This document shows positions 37,501 through 51,470 of a stretch of 64,000 bases of DNA, in pieces; the stretch's first letter is position 1, and each line of letters opens with the position of its first letter. A program made the position numbers and the translations under genes. The notes below the pieces were generated by a model. The model made no database searches, was not told the origin of the DNA, and saw only the letters and a list, made by a program, of their open reading frames with translations. The stretch spans positions 13,020,001 to 13,084,000 of the forward strand of contig OX597819.1 in the NCBI GenBank assembly GCA_951406725.2, read 5' to 3'. Source of the DNA: Octopus vulgaris (Eukaryota).

Positions 37501-38227
37501 TAGTCACCAATGCTAACGTGTTTCTTACACTCCAATAAGCAAACACCACTAACAATCATCAAACCAGCCAGCCAACCGGCCAGCTAACATAACACCCATA
37601 GCACCACCAACACCACCACCACTACGACTACAACAACAAATCTCCCTCCCCCATCAGTCCTACTAATACCATCACCACCACCACCACCTCCACCTACAAT
37701 TACAACGGCCGCCGCCAGTTAGAAAGTGTTACACTGGAAGCTATGTTAAATCCCTCCTTCCACAACACAACACAGAACATTAATATATTCGTTGAGATAT
37801 TTATTTATTTCCTTTTGTTTTCCAATCAATAAGCATTAGTGCTCGTTAAAGACCACTGTTTGTCATTAATGACATATTGGTGGGAGAAGTTGCAATATAG
37901 TAGGAGTGGTGGTAGGAGATGTAACTGAGAGCTTACCACATTCCTACACTCTGTTGCTTCACCTGGGATCTTCTTTTTCTCTTTCCCCCATATTACGCTA
38001 TGCATGGATGCTTACGTCTCCCTAGTTGACAAGGTAAGAGCTATGAGTTGTTTTATTTTTTTTTCCCCCTTTTTTTGTTCTTTTTCTTTTATTGTGTCTT
38101 TTGTCAACATTCATCCCTCAAGCTGTTCAGACTTCAAAAGCGCTTCTACACAGTCACTCACTCAACCTACAAAAAATAGCAGCCAAATCTCCCTCAAATT
38201 ACATCGTACCATCATGATATATCACTC

Positions 38228-39015
38228 TACTCTTTACTCTTTTACTTGTTTCAGTCATTTGACTGCGGCCATGCTGGAGCACCGCCTTTAGTCGAGCGAG
38301 TCGACCCCGGGACTTATTCTTTTGTAAGCCCAGTACTTATTCTATCAGTCTCTTTTGCCGAACCACTAAGTTACGGGGGACGTAAACACACCCGCGTCGG
38401 TTGTCAAGCGATGTTGGGGGGACAAATACAGACACACAAACACACACATGTACATATACATATATACGACGGGCTTCTTTCAGTTTCCGTCTACCAAATC
38501 CACTCACAAGGCTTTAGTCGGCCCGAGGCTATAGTAGAAGACACTTGCCCAAGGTGTCACGCAGTGGGATTGAACCCGGAACCATGTGGTTGGTAAGCAA
38601 GCTACTTACCACACAGCCACTCCTGCGCCTATACTCTTTTACTTGTTTCAGTCATTTGACTGCGGCCATGCTGGAGCACCGCCTTTAGTCAAGCAAATCG
38701 ACTCCGGGACTTATTCTTTGGAAGCCCAGTACTTATTCTATCAGTCTCTTGCCGAACCGCGAAGTGACGGGGACGTAAACACACCACCATCGGTTGTCAA
38801 GCAATGCTAGGGGGACAAACACAAACACACACATATATATATACATATATACGACAGGCTTCTTTCAGTTTCCGTCTACTAAATCCACTCACAAGGCATT
38901 GGTCGGCCCGGGACTATAGCAGAAGACACTTGCCCAAGGTCTCACGCAGTGGGACTGAACCCGGAACCATGTGGTTGGTTAGCAAGCTACTTACCACACA
39001 GCCACTCCTGCGCCT
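38228..39015 (-). mobile_element. Two head-to-tail family A SINEs
   Basis: Complete copies at 38228-38631 and 38632-39015, inside a family E remnant. Confidence 0.92.
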
Positions 39016-39199
39016 ATATATATATATATAAAAAAAAGAAAGGGCATAATTGAAAGTAAATTGGAATTCCTTTGATCATAGGTCTGCAGGATCAGAGCTA
39101 ACCTGGGGCTAAACAAGTCTTCTTTCCTGGAGCTTCCTATATGCTCTCTACCCAGGGTGGGAGGAGAGATACCATTATATGATAAACATGATAATGTGG

Positions 39200-39696
39200 T
39201 ATATCATTTATATCACACACACACACACACACATATGCATATACACAATTATGTTGTTAAACATGTAAACATAGCAGATATCTGATATCTACTTCAAGAT
39301 GACATATATACAGTTCTCTGCATAGGTAGATAAACATGTCAACATTTGTGTGTGTGTATATGCATGTGGCTGTGCAATTGTATACATACATACATATCTG
39401 AATGCGTATGTATGTATGTGTGTGTATAAGTATATACATATATGTATGAAAATGCATGTATGTGTCTGTTTAAATATATACACAAATATTGCATGAATAT
39501 GTGTACGTATATATATATGTATGCGTGTGTTTGTGTTTATAGATATGTTTGTGTGTGTGAATGTATGCATGAATGTGTGTATATATATATGTGTGTACAC
39601 ACATACTCACACATGTATATATATATATATGTGTGTGTGTGTGTATGTATGCATGAATGTGTATATATATATATATGTGTACACACACAGTCACAC

Positions 39697-39754
<58 letters not shown>

Positions 39755-40270
39755 ATGCATATGTGCATGTTTGTATGCATGCATATATATATGTATATAT
39801 ATGTGTGTGTGTGTGTGTATGCATATGTGCATGTTTGTATGCATGCATATATATATATGTATATATATGTATGTATGTATGTTTATATATGTATTGTATG
39901 TCCATACACATGTGTGTGTATTTGTATATATGTTTGTAAGTGTATATACATGGATATCAGCTGATATATCTTGAGAAATAGGATATGAATACAATATGGT
40001 ATATAGTAATTGAGTATGTATATATGTGTAGACACACACACACACACACACAGTTACATAAACACATACACAGACATACAGAGTATGTGTTGTCTTGAAA
40101 AGAAGTTTTATATGTATTCCTACATGTAAGATTGGTATGTATACATGTGTGGGTGTATGTATCACTGCACTAACATTAAACAAGCTTTACATGTGTATAT
40201 TCCTTTATGCATGTATGTTTTGTATATGTGTGTATATATGTATGTATAAATAAACACGAGCATGTATCAG
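39200..40270. repeat. Degenerate purine-pyrimidine microsatellite field
   Basis: (AT)n, (GT)n and ATGC mixtures with local duplications. Confidence 0.9.
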
Positions 40271-40846
40271 GCCTAACACACTCCTAACCTTTTGACAGAA
40301 GTCTTCCATGTTTTTGCAACCCAAAAGTATGCAAGCATATATTCTTTTACCAGTTATAATCATAAGACTCTGGTCATGCTGGAGCACTACCTTCATGGAC
40401 ATCACCATTTTAAAATCAGTGCAGTAGTTAACTGCTGTTAGTTTTATTTAACTTGACTATGACTTTACTCCAGATGATATTTTGGGACAATACTCTGTAT
40501 TCTGTGTTGAGTTCTATATCAGCTAATGTTTGTTCTTCATATGTAACATATGTCTGTATGTGTCTACATCTGATAATGATACTACTACTACTGCTGCTGC
40601 TGCTACTACTTGTGTGTGAATCAGCTGTATTGTCGCAGTATTGGATATGTTGTTGCCTTGTATTATTTGTTCTGACTTTCTGTACTCTGAGTTCAAATCC
40701 CTGTACTGTTTACCTTTACCTTTAACTTTGCCTTTCCTCCTTTCAAGGCTGATGAAGTACCAGTCATGCACTGGGGTTGGTTCTTCTCTTTCTTGAAGAA
40801 ATTAGCTGTGGTTCCACCCTGAAGTGGAGTGGGTTCCAACAGGACT

Positions 40847-41236
40847 GGAATGGAAGCACTCCGTCGGTTATGACGACGAGGGTTCCGGTTGATCCGAATC
40901 AACGGAACAGCCTGCTCGTGAAATTAACGTGTAAGTGGCTGAGCACTCCACAGACACGTGTACCCTTAACGTAGTTCTCGGGGATATTCAGCGTGACACA
41001 GAGAGTGACAAGGCCGGCCCTTTGAAATACAGGTACAACAGAAACAGGAAGAAAGAGTGAGAGAAAGTTGTGGTGAAAGAGTACAGCAGGGATCACCACC
41101 ATGCCATGCCGGAGCCTCGTGGAGCTTTAGGTGTTTTCGCTCAATAAACACTCACAACGCCCGGTCTGGGAATCGAAACCGCGATCCTATGACCGCGAGT
41201 CCGCTGCCCTAACCACTGGGCCATTGCGCCTCCACT
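40847..41236 (-). mobile_element. SINE family C
   Basis: Full, CpG-rich and therefore probably young copy; ACAGGACT on both flanks. Confidence 0.92.
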
Positions 41237-41304
41237 ACAGGACTACAAATGCTTAAGTCATGACATCAGCCCTTCATCACCATCGGGACTTGGCTGTGTA
41301 CATA

Positions 41305-41335
<31 letters not shown>

Positions 41336-41921
41336 AAAATGACTGGTTGTATGTGTTGAGTACCAATGGCTCATAAATGCTGAGTAAATCATTCAACAGC
41401 AGGGTGCTGTGATGTATATCTGAACAACACACGTTATTCTGTTCTGCCTCACTTCACTCAGCTGGCAGAAGTAAATAACTGATTATTTGCTTAAAGCATA
41501 CTTTGGGGTAAAACTGTTGGAAGGGTCCACAGGGGGAAATGTTTCTTGTAAATACACGATATTAATTATGAGGCCTGATATGGAATCCCTTGGGAGTTAT
41601 TAAAACATACATATATTTGTGCGAGCTGTATTTGATAACCAGTTGATCTAGCAAGCGGGGTCTCATGTCAGTGAGGGGGAGGGCTGGTACTCAATGATGC
41701 CATCAAGAGGCAGGCCCTGAAGTGGCATGCCTTCTCTCCTGATGGCCCCATACACTTGCTGGCTTCCGGTATGTGGAACTTTCGACTGGTAGCACTTGCA
41801 AGTGCAAGTTGTTTGCAAAGCACCACACATAGATGCACAATAATTCATACTAAGAAAATATACAGGAAAGAGAAAATTATAAAAATTTTTCTGCCAGTGG
41901 CTAACATATATAAAATATATA

Positions 41922-42325
41922 TGGAGTGGCTGTGTGGTATGTAGCTTGCTAATGGACCACATGGTTCCGGGTTCAGTCACACTGCGTGGCATCTTGGGCA
42001 AGTGTCTTCTGCTACAGCCCCGGGCCGACCAATGCCTTGTGGGTGGATTTGGTAGACAGAAACTGAAAGAAGCCTGTCGTATATATGTATATATATATAT
42101 ATATGTATGTGTGTGTTTGTGTGTCTGTGTTTGTCCCCCTAGCATTGCCTGACAACCGATGCTGGTGTGTTTACGTCCCCGTTACTTAGCGGTTCGGCAA
42201 AAGAGACCGATAGAATAAGTACTGGGCTTACAAAGAGTAAGTCCTGGGGTTGATTTGCTTGACTAAAGGCGGTGCTCCAGCATGGCCGCAGTCAAATGAC
42301 TGAAACAAGTAAAAGAGTAAAGAGT
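41922..42325 (+). mobile_element. SINE family A
   Basis: Full consensus match. Confidence 0.9.
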
Positions 42326-42353
42326 AGACAACATATTTTTCATAGAAAAATAC

Positions 42354-42586
42354 TGTACATTTAAACACAAAAGAGGTGACCATAACAGGACGTCTTACAT
42401 GCTAGAAGGAACAGTCAAAATCCAAACTATGGTCAACAGCAATTTCGAAAGGAATAAAATAAAAACAATATTTACCTCCCATACCTAGGTTTCAAAATTG
42501 CTCTTAACCGTAGTTTGGATTTTGACTGTTCTTTCTAGCATGTAAGACGTCCTGTTATGGTCACCTCTTTTGTGTTTAAATATACA
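42354..42586. repeat. Foldback element, copy 1
   Basis: ~97-bp inverted arms around a ~39-nt spacer. Confidence 0.9.
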
Positions 42587-42900
42587 TTCATACAATATAC
42601 GTGTACACATACTTGTGTATATATATGATTTTCTCTTGAGCAGCTACTCTGAGTTTTGTGAAGACCATTTTGACAATATAAAGGAAAACTTCAATGAATG
42701 AATTCTGTAAAACTGCCAATAGCAGTGATGAGAATCATCAACTCTATACAAATAAGCTCTACCCTATATGTTGAGCACTGTTTTCCTCGTTAGTTCTCTA
42801 AATGTATACTTGCACATACACCTGAACACACACACCTATAAATATAGAGTTTACACCCACTTTTCTACAACAGCATGAATTGGCTGGGACTTTTTAAAGA

Positions 42901-43122
42901 ATGTATATTTAAGCACAAAAGAGGTGACCATAACAGGACGTCTTACATGCTAGAAGGAACAGTCAAAATCCAAACCATGTTCAAGAGCAATTTTGAAACC
43001 TAGGTATGGGAGGTAAATATTGTTTTTATTTTTTTATTCCCTTCAAAATTGCTCTTGACCATGGTTTGGAATTTGACTGTTCCGTCTAGCATGTAAGACA
43101 TCCTGTTATGGTCACCTCTTTT
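42901..43122. repeat. Foldback element, copy 2 (opposite orientation)
   Basis: Same arms; the spacer is the reverse complement of the copy 1 spacer. Confidence 0.9.
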
Positions 43123-43251
43123 AAAGTACTGTTTTAAGGCCAGATGCCCTACCCGGAGTCAATCTTTTCAAGTGTTGCTTACAATTGGCAGAGATACAGT
43201 TTGTCTATTTTAAAAACAAGGATACATACAGCTTAAACACATTCACTCTCT

Positions 43252-43284
<33 letters not shown>

Positions 43285-43970
43285 TATACACACACACTAG
43301 TCTTCTTTCAGTTTCTGTCTACTAAATTCACTCACAAGTCTTTGATTAGTCAGGTGCTAAAGTAAATGTTTGCTGAAGGTGTTGCACGATGGGACTCTTA
43401 TCCAAGAGTGCATGGGGGTTGGAAACCAAACTTCTCAACCTCAAAGCCAGCCCTGTACTTATTACAAATATAATCAGTGAGCTTCCTTTTAGTTTCCGTC
43501 TACCAAATCCTATCACAATGCTTTGGTCAGCCTGGGTCTATAGCAGAAGACACTTGCTCAAGGTGTCACACAGTAGGACTGAACCTGAAGCAAGGTGGTT
43601 ATGAAGCAAACTTGTTTACTACATATAGCATGCTTGCACATTTGGAAGCCATGCCTACACACGCACAAGCACACACACATACACATGCAAATACACACAT
43701 ACACACATCCATGTATATATGTATACATATGCATGTATTCTTTGGCAGGCATGTTTTGTATGACCATGGATCTGCCCTGGGAAAGATTTACTTCAATCTG
43801 AGTTTCTAGAGTCCAGTAAAGCAATGTTAAAGTGTTGTTGCATCCAGGGTGCAGGCCAGGTCAAGGTTCTACGGGAGACCAACTCTAGGCCATGCCAAAT
43901 GTTCCTCCGCTCTCTCTCTCTCTCTCTCTGCCATCTATAATGAGAGAGAGAGGGAGGGAGAGAAAGAAAG

Positions 43971-44005
<35 letters not shown>

Positions 44006-44278
44006 GGGGGAGGAAATGTTTAGGAGAAAGTTTGGCTACAATTTGGAACCAGTGTCATTACAGGAGTGACAAGATTAAAGTCAAACACAGCAGCAGACTG
44101 CTTAGTCAAGGAACTCAACTCCAGTTCTCCATTGGAATTGGTTCTTTTATTTCATCAACCCCAGAAGGTTGTAAAGTAAATTTGATTTTAGTGGGATTTG
44201 AAAGCAGAACTTAGGGAGCTTAGATGAATAGAGCAAGAAGTTTTTTTTCCAAGTTTCTAATGGTTCTGCCATTGCTAT

Positions 44279-44312
<34 letters not shown>

Positions 44313-44509
44313 TCATCATCATCATCATCGTCGTTTAACGTCCGTTCTCCATGCTAGCATGGGTTGGACGGTTCGACCGGGGTTCTGGGAAGCCAGAAGG
44401 CTGCACCAGGCTCCAGTCTAAATTTGGCAATGTTTCTACAGCTGGATGCCCTTCCTAACGCCAACCACTCCGTGAGTGTAGTGGGTGCTTTTTACGTGCC
44501 ACCTGCACG

Positions 44510-44549
<40 letters not shown>

Positions 44550-47228
44550 TGAAAAGATAGATATATGTATAGATAGATAGATAGATATGTGTATATATAT
44601 ATATAGATAGATAGACAAATATATGTATATACATGTGTGTATATATGTATATATATATTAATGTGTGTATATATATATAGATATGGATATATATATATAT
44701 AACTGTTTCTCAGTGTGTATAATTAATTAAATACATCTCACAAAAGTTTTTTCATAAAGACACACACACACACACACACATATCCTGTCACATTCGACTC
44801 ATACTTACATACATAACTCACAGACGTGTGCTCCCCCCCCCACACACGCACATGTACACACACACACCGTTGAGTGTGTGATATTACAGTTTATATAACA
44901 TGCTTTTCATTGAAGCCATCCGTTCAGTAAGGAAACTACTTGCTTCTGTGCAGCAGAGAAAAGTATAAACACAGGATCTATTATCGCGAAAGATTGAAGG
45001 AGAGTCGGGGGGGGGAGGGGGGAGGGGAGGGGACACGGCAAATGAAACAAACTCGTTAGTTGTGTCAGTTTAGTTCAGTTCTATGTTCAACTATGGACCT
45101 TATATTCCATACCACTGGTCGTGTCTGATAATGAATGTTTTAGCAGAAGCTATGATCACCTTCCCTACCTGACCCCCATCACTGCCATCTTCTTTTTCCT
45201 CCATGATACCAAAGGTCCTTGGTGTACATAGAATCACTATTGTTGCAGCAGTAATTTCACATACACAGAACTCGTTTTGTGCGACTTCATTCTGTTCATT
45301 AAGCCATGATAATTAAGTCTTACAGTATTAGCACACATATAAATACTGGCATCTCTCCCTCTCTCTCCCCCTCTCTCTGTCTGTCTCTCTCTCCTTCACT
45401 CTGCATGTGTGTGTGTGTGTGTTTATGTATGCATGCATATGTATGTGCAGAAATCTCTACAGATGTATACCCATTTCGAACTGTGTAAAGGCAGGAGAAT
45501 GAGTGTCTCTGTATGTCTGTTTGGCAGGGGGCAAAGGTATGGATAAGTAGTTAAGTTCACTTTGAACCCATGTGGTCTTTGGTTCAATCCTGCTGCTGGA
45601 CACCTTGAGCAAATATCTTCCTGTGAATGAAATTAGCAGAAGCCTATCATGTATGTGTGTGTATCACTACCACAACCTATTTCTTTACTACCCACAAGGG
45701 GCTAAACACAGAGGGGACAAACAAGGACAGACATAGGTATTAAGTCGATTAGATCGACCCCAGTGCGTAACTGGTACTTAATTTATCGACCCCGAAAGGA
45801 TGAAAGGCAAAGTCGACCTCGGCAGAATTTGAACTCACAACGTAACGCAGATGAAATACGGCTACGCATTTTGCCCGGTGTGCTAACGTTTCTGCCAGCT
45901 CGCCGCCTTTAACTGACATTTATCACTACCACAATCATCATCATCATCATCATCATCACTTAACATCCTCTTTCCATGCTGGTATGGGTTGGATGGTTTG
46001 AAAAGAACAGACGAGCCAAAGTGCTCCACCAGGTTCTGTGTCTGCTTTGACATGGTTTCTATAACTGTGTGCCTTTCCTAATGTCAGACACTCAACAGAG
46101 TGTACTGGGTGTTTTTTATATGGTACCAGCACCAGTGAGGACGCCAAGTATCTGCAAGGTAAGACTGCTCAACTGAGCAGGATATAGACATGAGGAATAA
46201 GAAAGTCTGATAGAGGGAGAGGAGTTGGTGTCTTGTTGAAGAGATGATGCATGGCTTGCTCACCAGGAAAGTGAGAGAGAAAAAGAGAAAATGTGAATAT
46301 GAAACAGAATAGAAGAGAAGAGATACACACACACACACACTTTTATTCCTCTTTCTTTCAGTTTTATGTCTATTTTTTTCACATTTGCATAGGAAAGATG
46401 TATAATATTATTGATATATTAAGTTGGATGCCTTTCCTGTCATCATCATCATCATCATCATCGTTTAACGTCCGCTTTCCATGCTAGCATGGGTTGGACG
46501 GTTCAACTGGGGTCTGGGAAGCCCAAAGGCTGCACCAGGCCCAGTCAGATCTAGCGGTGTTTCTACAGCTGGATGCCCTTCCTAACGCCAACCACTCCAT
46601 GAGTGTAGTGGGTGCTTTTTATGTGCCACCGACACAGGTGCCAGACGAGGCTGGCATACGGCCACGCTCGGATGGTGTTTTTTACGTGCCACCAGCACGA
46701 CTAACTTTTATTTGTCTCTCAAGTAATGGGTCTCTTATTTCACAATTCTTCAAAGATAACACCCAAGGATGATTTGCTGACCAGATAAATACATCTACAT
46801 CACTGCTTGTAACTCAGATTTTCAGAGAAGGGCAGAAGTAAACATACATACTGACACAAATGTGAAATGTGACTGTACACACATGCATGCATACAAGCAT
46901 ACTTGTGCATATGTATGTGTGTATACATATATATACATACACACTAATGAGAACATGCTATCTTTAAGATAGCATGTTTTACATTGATTCAATATTATTG
47001 TATCATGTATTCCTATAGCATACATGTATAAGTATGTATGTGGGAAGAAGGCTAGCAAGACATGCAACATGGTGGAAACTCAAATATCAGCAGTGGAAAA
47101 ATATAAAATAGAACTACAAGATGAAATGCAATTATGTTTAAAGAATATGCATTTATAAAGCAATGAAAAATTACTACCTAAATGCAGCCAATAAATTTTA
47201 ATAGATGTATGTGTATATATATAAATAC

Positions 47229-47260
<32 letters not shown>

Positions 47261-47554
47261 TTTGATGCATTTTTAATACAATTAGTATTCATTACTAAAC
47301 ACTATATCATCGTAAATACCATTGTCCTATCTATGTGTATGAGTAGTGAAAAAATTAAGCCCATCTCATCTCATTCATATTACTGTCACCCTTTTGATGC
47401 AAACCAAACAAAAGAAGTGTGTTGTTTGTTTATATATAACATACAGTTATATAATCAAATATTGTTCCATACAAAATGAAAGTGAGGCAAAGCAATCCAA
47501 TATGTAGATATTTAATAGCAGTGTAATTGTAGTATTACTTATGTTTCATTTATT

Positions 47555-47947
47555 CATTTACTTGTTATAGTGATTTGATTGCGGTCATGCGGGAGCATCA
47601 CCTTTAGTTGAACAAGTCAACCCCAGGACTTATTCTTTGTAAGCCTAGTACTTATTCTATCAGTCTATTTTGCTGAACCGCTGATGTACGGAGATGTAAA
47701 CACACCTACATTAGTCTGTCAGGTAATGGTGGGGTGACAAGCACAGACACACACACACAGATATATACATACTTACATATATATATAAAATGGGCTTCTT
47801 TCAGTTACTGTCTACCAGATCCACTCACAAAGTTTTGGTTGGCCTCAGGCTACAGCAGAAGACACTAGCCCAAGGTGCCATGCAGTGGAACTGAACCCAA
47901 AACCATGTGGTTGGGAAGCAAGCTTCTTACCACACAGCCTACACCTA
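47555..47947 (-). mobile_element. SINE family A, diverged
   Basis: Reverse consensus match. Confidence 0.85.
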
Positions 47948-48777
47948 TATTAAAGCAATGGGCATACCTATACAAATGTGCCCCACTGACGTTTTTCTTA
48001 ACTTCCAGAAAAATGGATATCTTTAATGAGATTTTCTACAAATATGCTTCAGATGATGTAGGTTCCAATTGTATCTGAATTTGTTTTAAAAAAATGTTTT
48101 CGGGGAAGTTGGGAGAGGAGTTTCAGAAAATTTATGTGAGTTGGCTTTGTTTCCTCATGACTTTCTGAAAAATAGGTATTTTTAAATGAAATTTTCTACG
48201 AATTCCTTTCATGTGACTGGTCAGACTATCAGATGTTGTTACACATCACTGGTCACAATGCACTTTGCATTGTTTTAGCCTCTGAATGAGGACACCCCAC
48301 TGACTAGCTAAGAAGGCCAATATCTACCCCGCTCCATCACCTGATTAAAAGGTGGATTGGAGCAACATGAAATGAAGTGTTTTGTTCAAGAACACAATGT
48401 GCCACCTGGTCCGGGAATTGAAACCATGGCCTAGTGATTGTGGGTGTAACACCCTAACCACTAGGCCACACACCTCCACACACACATACATTCATATATT
48501 ATGCCTGACTAAAGTGTTCTTATCCAAATTTAAGAACTTCATTATTTTTCACTGCACAGACCACCCCTAGTTTCCTCAGAGATTGGAGGGGATGGGTAGG
48601 TTTAGCATATGTGTGTGTGTGTGTGTGTATACTCCTAACATATATATATATACATGTGTATACTTATTTAAATCTATTTCTGTATATCAAATAAGTGATA
48701 ACTGTTTATGCACATATGCTCTCAAACACTTATTTTATGCTAATACTTTCACTCTGTCTGTCTGTCTCTTTCTCTTT

Positions 48778-48824
<47 letters not shown>

Positions 48825-48828
<4 letters not shown>

Positions 48829-49197
48829 TGTGTGGTAAGTAGCTTGCTAACCAACCACATGGTTCCGGGTTCAGTCCCACTGTGTGGCACCTTGGGCAAG
48901 TGTCTTCTGCTATAGCCCCGGGCCGACCAATGCCTTGTGAGTGGATTTGGTAGACGGAAACTGAAAGAAGCCTGTTGTATATATGTATATATATATGTGT
49001 GTGTGTCTGTGTTTGTCCCCTAGCATTGCTTGACAACCGATGCTGGCGTGTTTACATCCCCGTAACTTGGCAGTTCGGCAAAAGAGACCAATAGAATAAG
49101 TACTGGGCTTACAAAGAATAAGTCCCAGGGTCGATTTGTTTGACTAAAGGCGGTGCTCCAGCATGGCCACAGTCAAATGACTGAAACAAGTAAAAGA

Positions 49198-49199
<2 letters not shown>
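48825..49199 (+). mobile_element. SINE family A inside an (AT)n tract
   Basis: Consensus match, (AT)n on both sides. Confidence 0.9.
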
Positions 49200-49258
<59 letters not shown>

Positions 49259-50529
49259 CTTGCTGTGTACTGTTTTCTAAAGTAAACTGCATGGGTTGAG
49301 AACAAATATTTAGTTTGGCCAGCAGGGGTGTGAGCAAAGAGCCATTTATGGACTAAAAAAAATCTGCAGAAAAAGAAGGGGTAAAAAAGAGGGTACCACA
49401 TTTATTGGTGCCAAACTGCACCAGAGTAGTTCTAAAGTTTGCATCTTATCCATGTAAGATCAGCACAAACTAAGGAAGGAACCTCTGTTCCTTCCTTGAT
49501 CTGCTAGAAATAGTTACCAAATTTTCTTGGCTCGTAGCTGATTGTTTCAGAAAAAAAAATAGACATTGCATTGGATAATGTCAGTTTGGTTTCAATGTGT
49601 ATGAGGAAGAAAAGATGGGAAGGTCATGGCCTGAATGTCTTTTATTTATCAATGTACTTTGGGTTGATCTTAGGCTAGCAACAGCAACAATATTACATAA
49701 AAACTACCTCTAAAAGTCTTATAATTCTGGCAAGATTCTTGTGATTTAATTCTTTAATTCTTCAAAGTTGAATTTTGTTAAATGATTTATCTTGATTGTG
49801 TGTGTGTATGTGCATGTGTGTGTGTATGTGCATGTGTGTGTGTGCACATGTGCAAGTGTGCAATAGAATAATAAAGTAGGAGAGAGAGAGAGAGGTGAGC
49901 GAGAGGAGGGGGATGACAGGTGGGAAGGAGCATATTAGTGGGGAAAGATTTCAAGATTGTGGTGGGAAAAGTGAGCGATGTATAGAAATGGGAGGGGGTG
50001 AATGTAGTGAGTGGGAGGGGGCAACAAAGGTGGAGGTGGTCAGTAGTAGATAGGAGATGGTGTTAAGACTGATGTGTGGCTATTAACAGGAAGTGGCTCA
50101 GGGTAAAGAGAATGGCACATGAATGGGAGGTGGTGTTAGGTTAAGAATGGGGGATGGATATCACAGGAGGTGTTTCAGGGGACAGGAAGTGATGACTGGC
50201 AGCACAGTAAAGGATAATGATTTATGTAGCTTCACTTAAGGTGGTGAGCTGGCAGAATTGTTAACATGTTAGGCGAAATGCTTAGTGATATTTCGTCTGT
50301 CTTTATCTTCTGAGTTCAAATTCCACCGAGGTCGACTTTGCTTTCCATCTTTTCAGGGTCACTAAATCAAGTACCAGTGTCATACTGGGGTTGATCTGAT
50401 TGACGGCCCTCCCTCCCCCCAAATTTCAGGCCTTGTGCCTAGAGTAGAAAAGATATATGTAGTTTCACTCTCATCTAATAACAGCAGCAAGATAACACAG
50501 TAGTTAGAAGAGTAATGGGGGGGAGTGAG

Positions 50530-51470
50530 TGATTAGGAGATGAGGAAGCAGCATGTGAACGCTTGTCTTCCAGGGTCTCCACTTTCAGTGGACAGAACCT
50601 GTGGAAGATGATTAGCATTTCTCTATGCAGTTGTCCTCATCCATATGCATCACATACCCATACCAACAGTCTTCTTTCTTGCATCTGTTTCCTCACACGC
50701 CCAGTTTTTTTCTCTCACCCATTTATATTTCATCAATCATACATACTGATTGAGTACTTTCAATGACACATACTTGTTTCATTTCATCTGGTTTAGCTCT
50801 CTTCTTAATCAAGATATAACCCTTTCTGTGATTGTCACGACTTGATCCAACAATTGGATGCCTCTAATTTCTGCTCACCAAAGTAGTGGCTTTTTTCTTT
50901 TGTAGCACCCCTTTTTAAGTAGATATTATGTCTGGCCCCAACCTAAGTGGTGAGCGAGTTATCACAACTAAACTTACTTAACATGGACGATAATTTATAA
51001 ATGATAAAAAGATTAATAAGGACAAAACTTGTAAGTTTAATATTGCAAGTTAATGACATCCTTGTGCCTGAGATCTCATTTCATTTTAATAGCCATTACT
51101 AGGTTTACTAGGATTATAATATAATTACTACTATGGGTAAAATTTAGTATGTTAATTATGTTACCTCACCCGAACTCCTCACCGTCACCTTCCATATGGC
51201 CACCCTTGGGGGCAGGACTGCTCACATTGCGAACCTCTGTTGAGAAACATCTTTACCTTGTAACAGTTGACAATGATGCCCCGACAACAGTTGTTGGGTA
51301 TGACTCCTTCATGTACAGTTGATTGGCTCTGTGGGTGACCAGGCCATATCTTACACCACCAGATATTTTAAGCATCTGAGAAGTAACTTCTGAGGAGCTT
51401 TCCTTACCATTATATAAATAATTTGTATCAGAAGGACAGATGTTGTGATAATTAGAGAACATGATCTAAT
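50530..51470 (-). mobile_element. RTE LINE fragments (50530-50760 C-terminal; 51250-51470 pre-RT), separated by a possible hAT-type MITE
   Basis: 51250-51420 gives GK...VTSQMLKISGGVRYGLVT...VHEGVIPN...IIVNCYK. 50530-50760 resembles 270-480. Confidence 0.7.
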
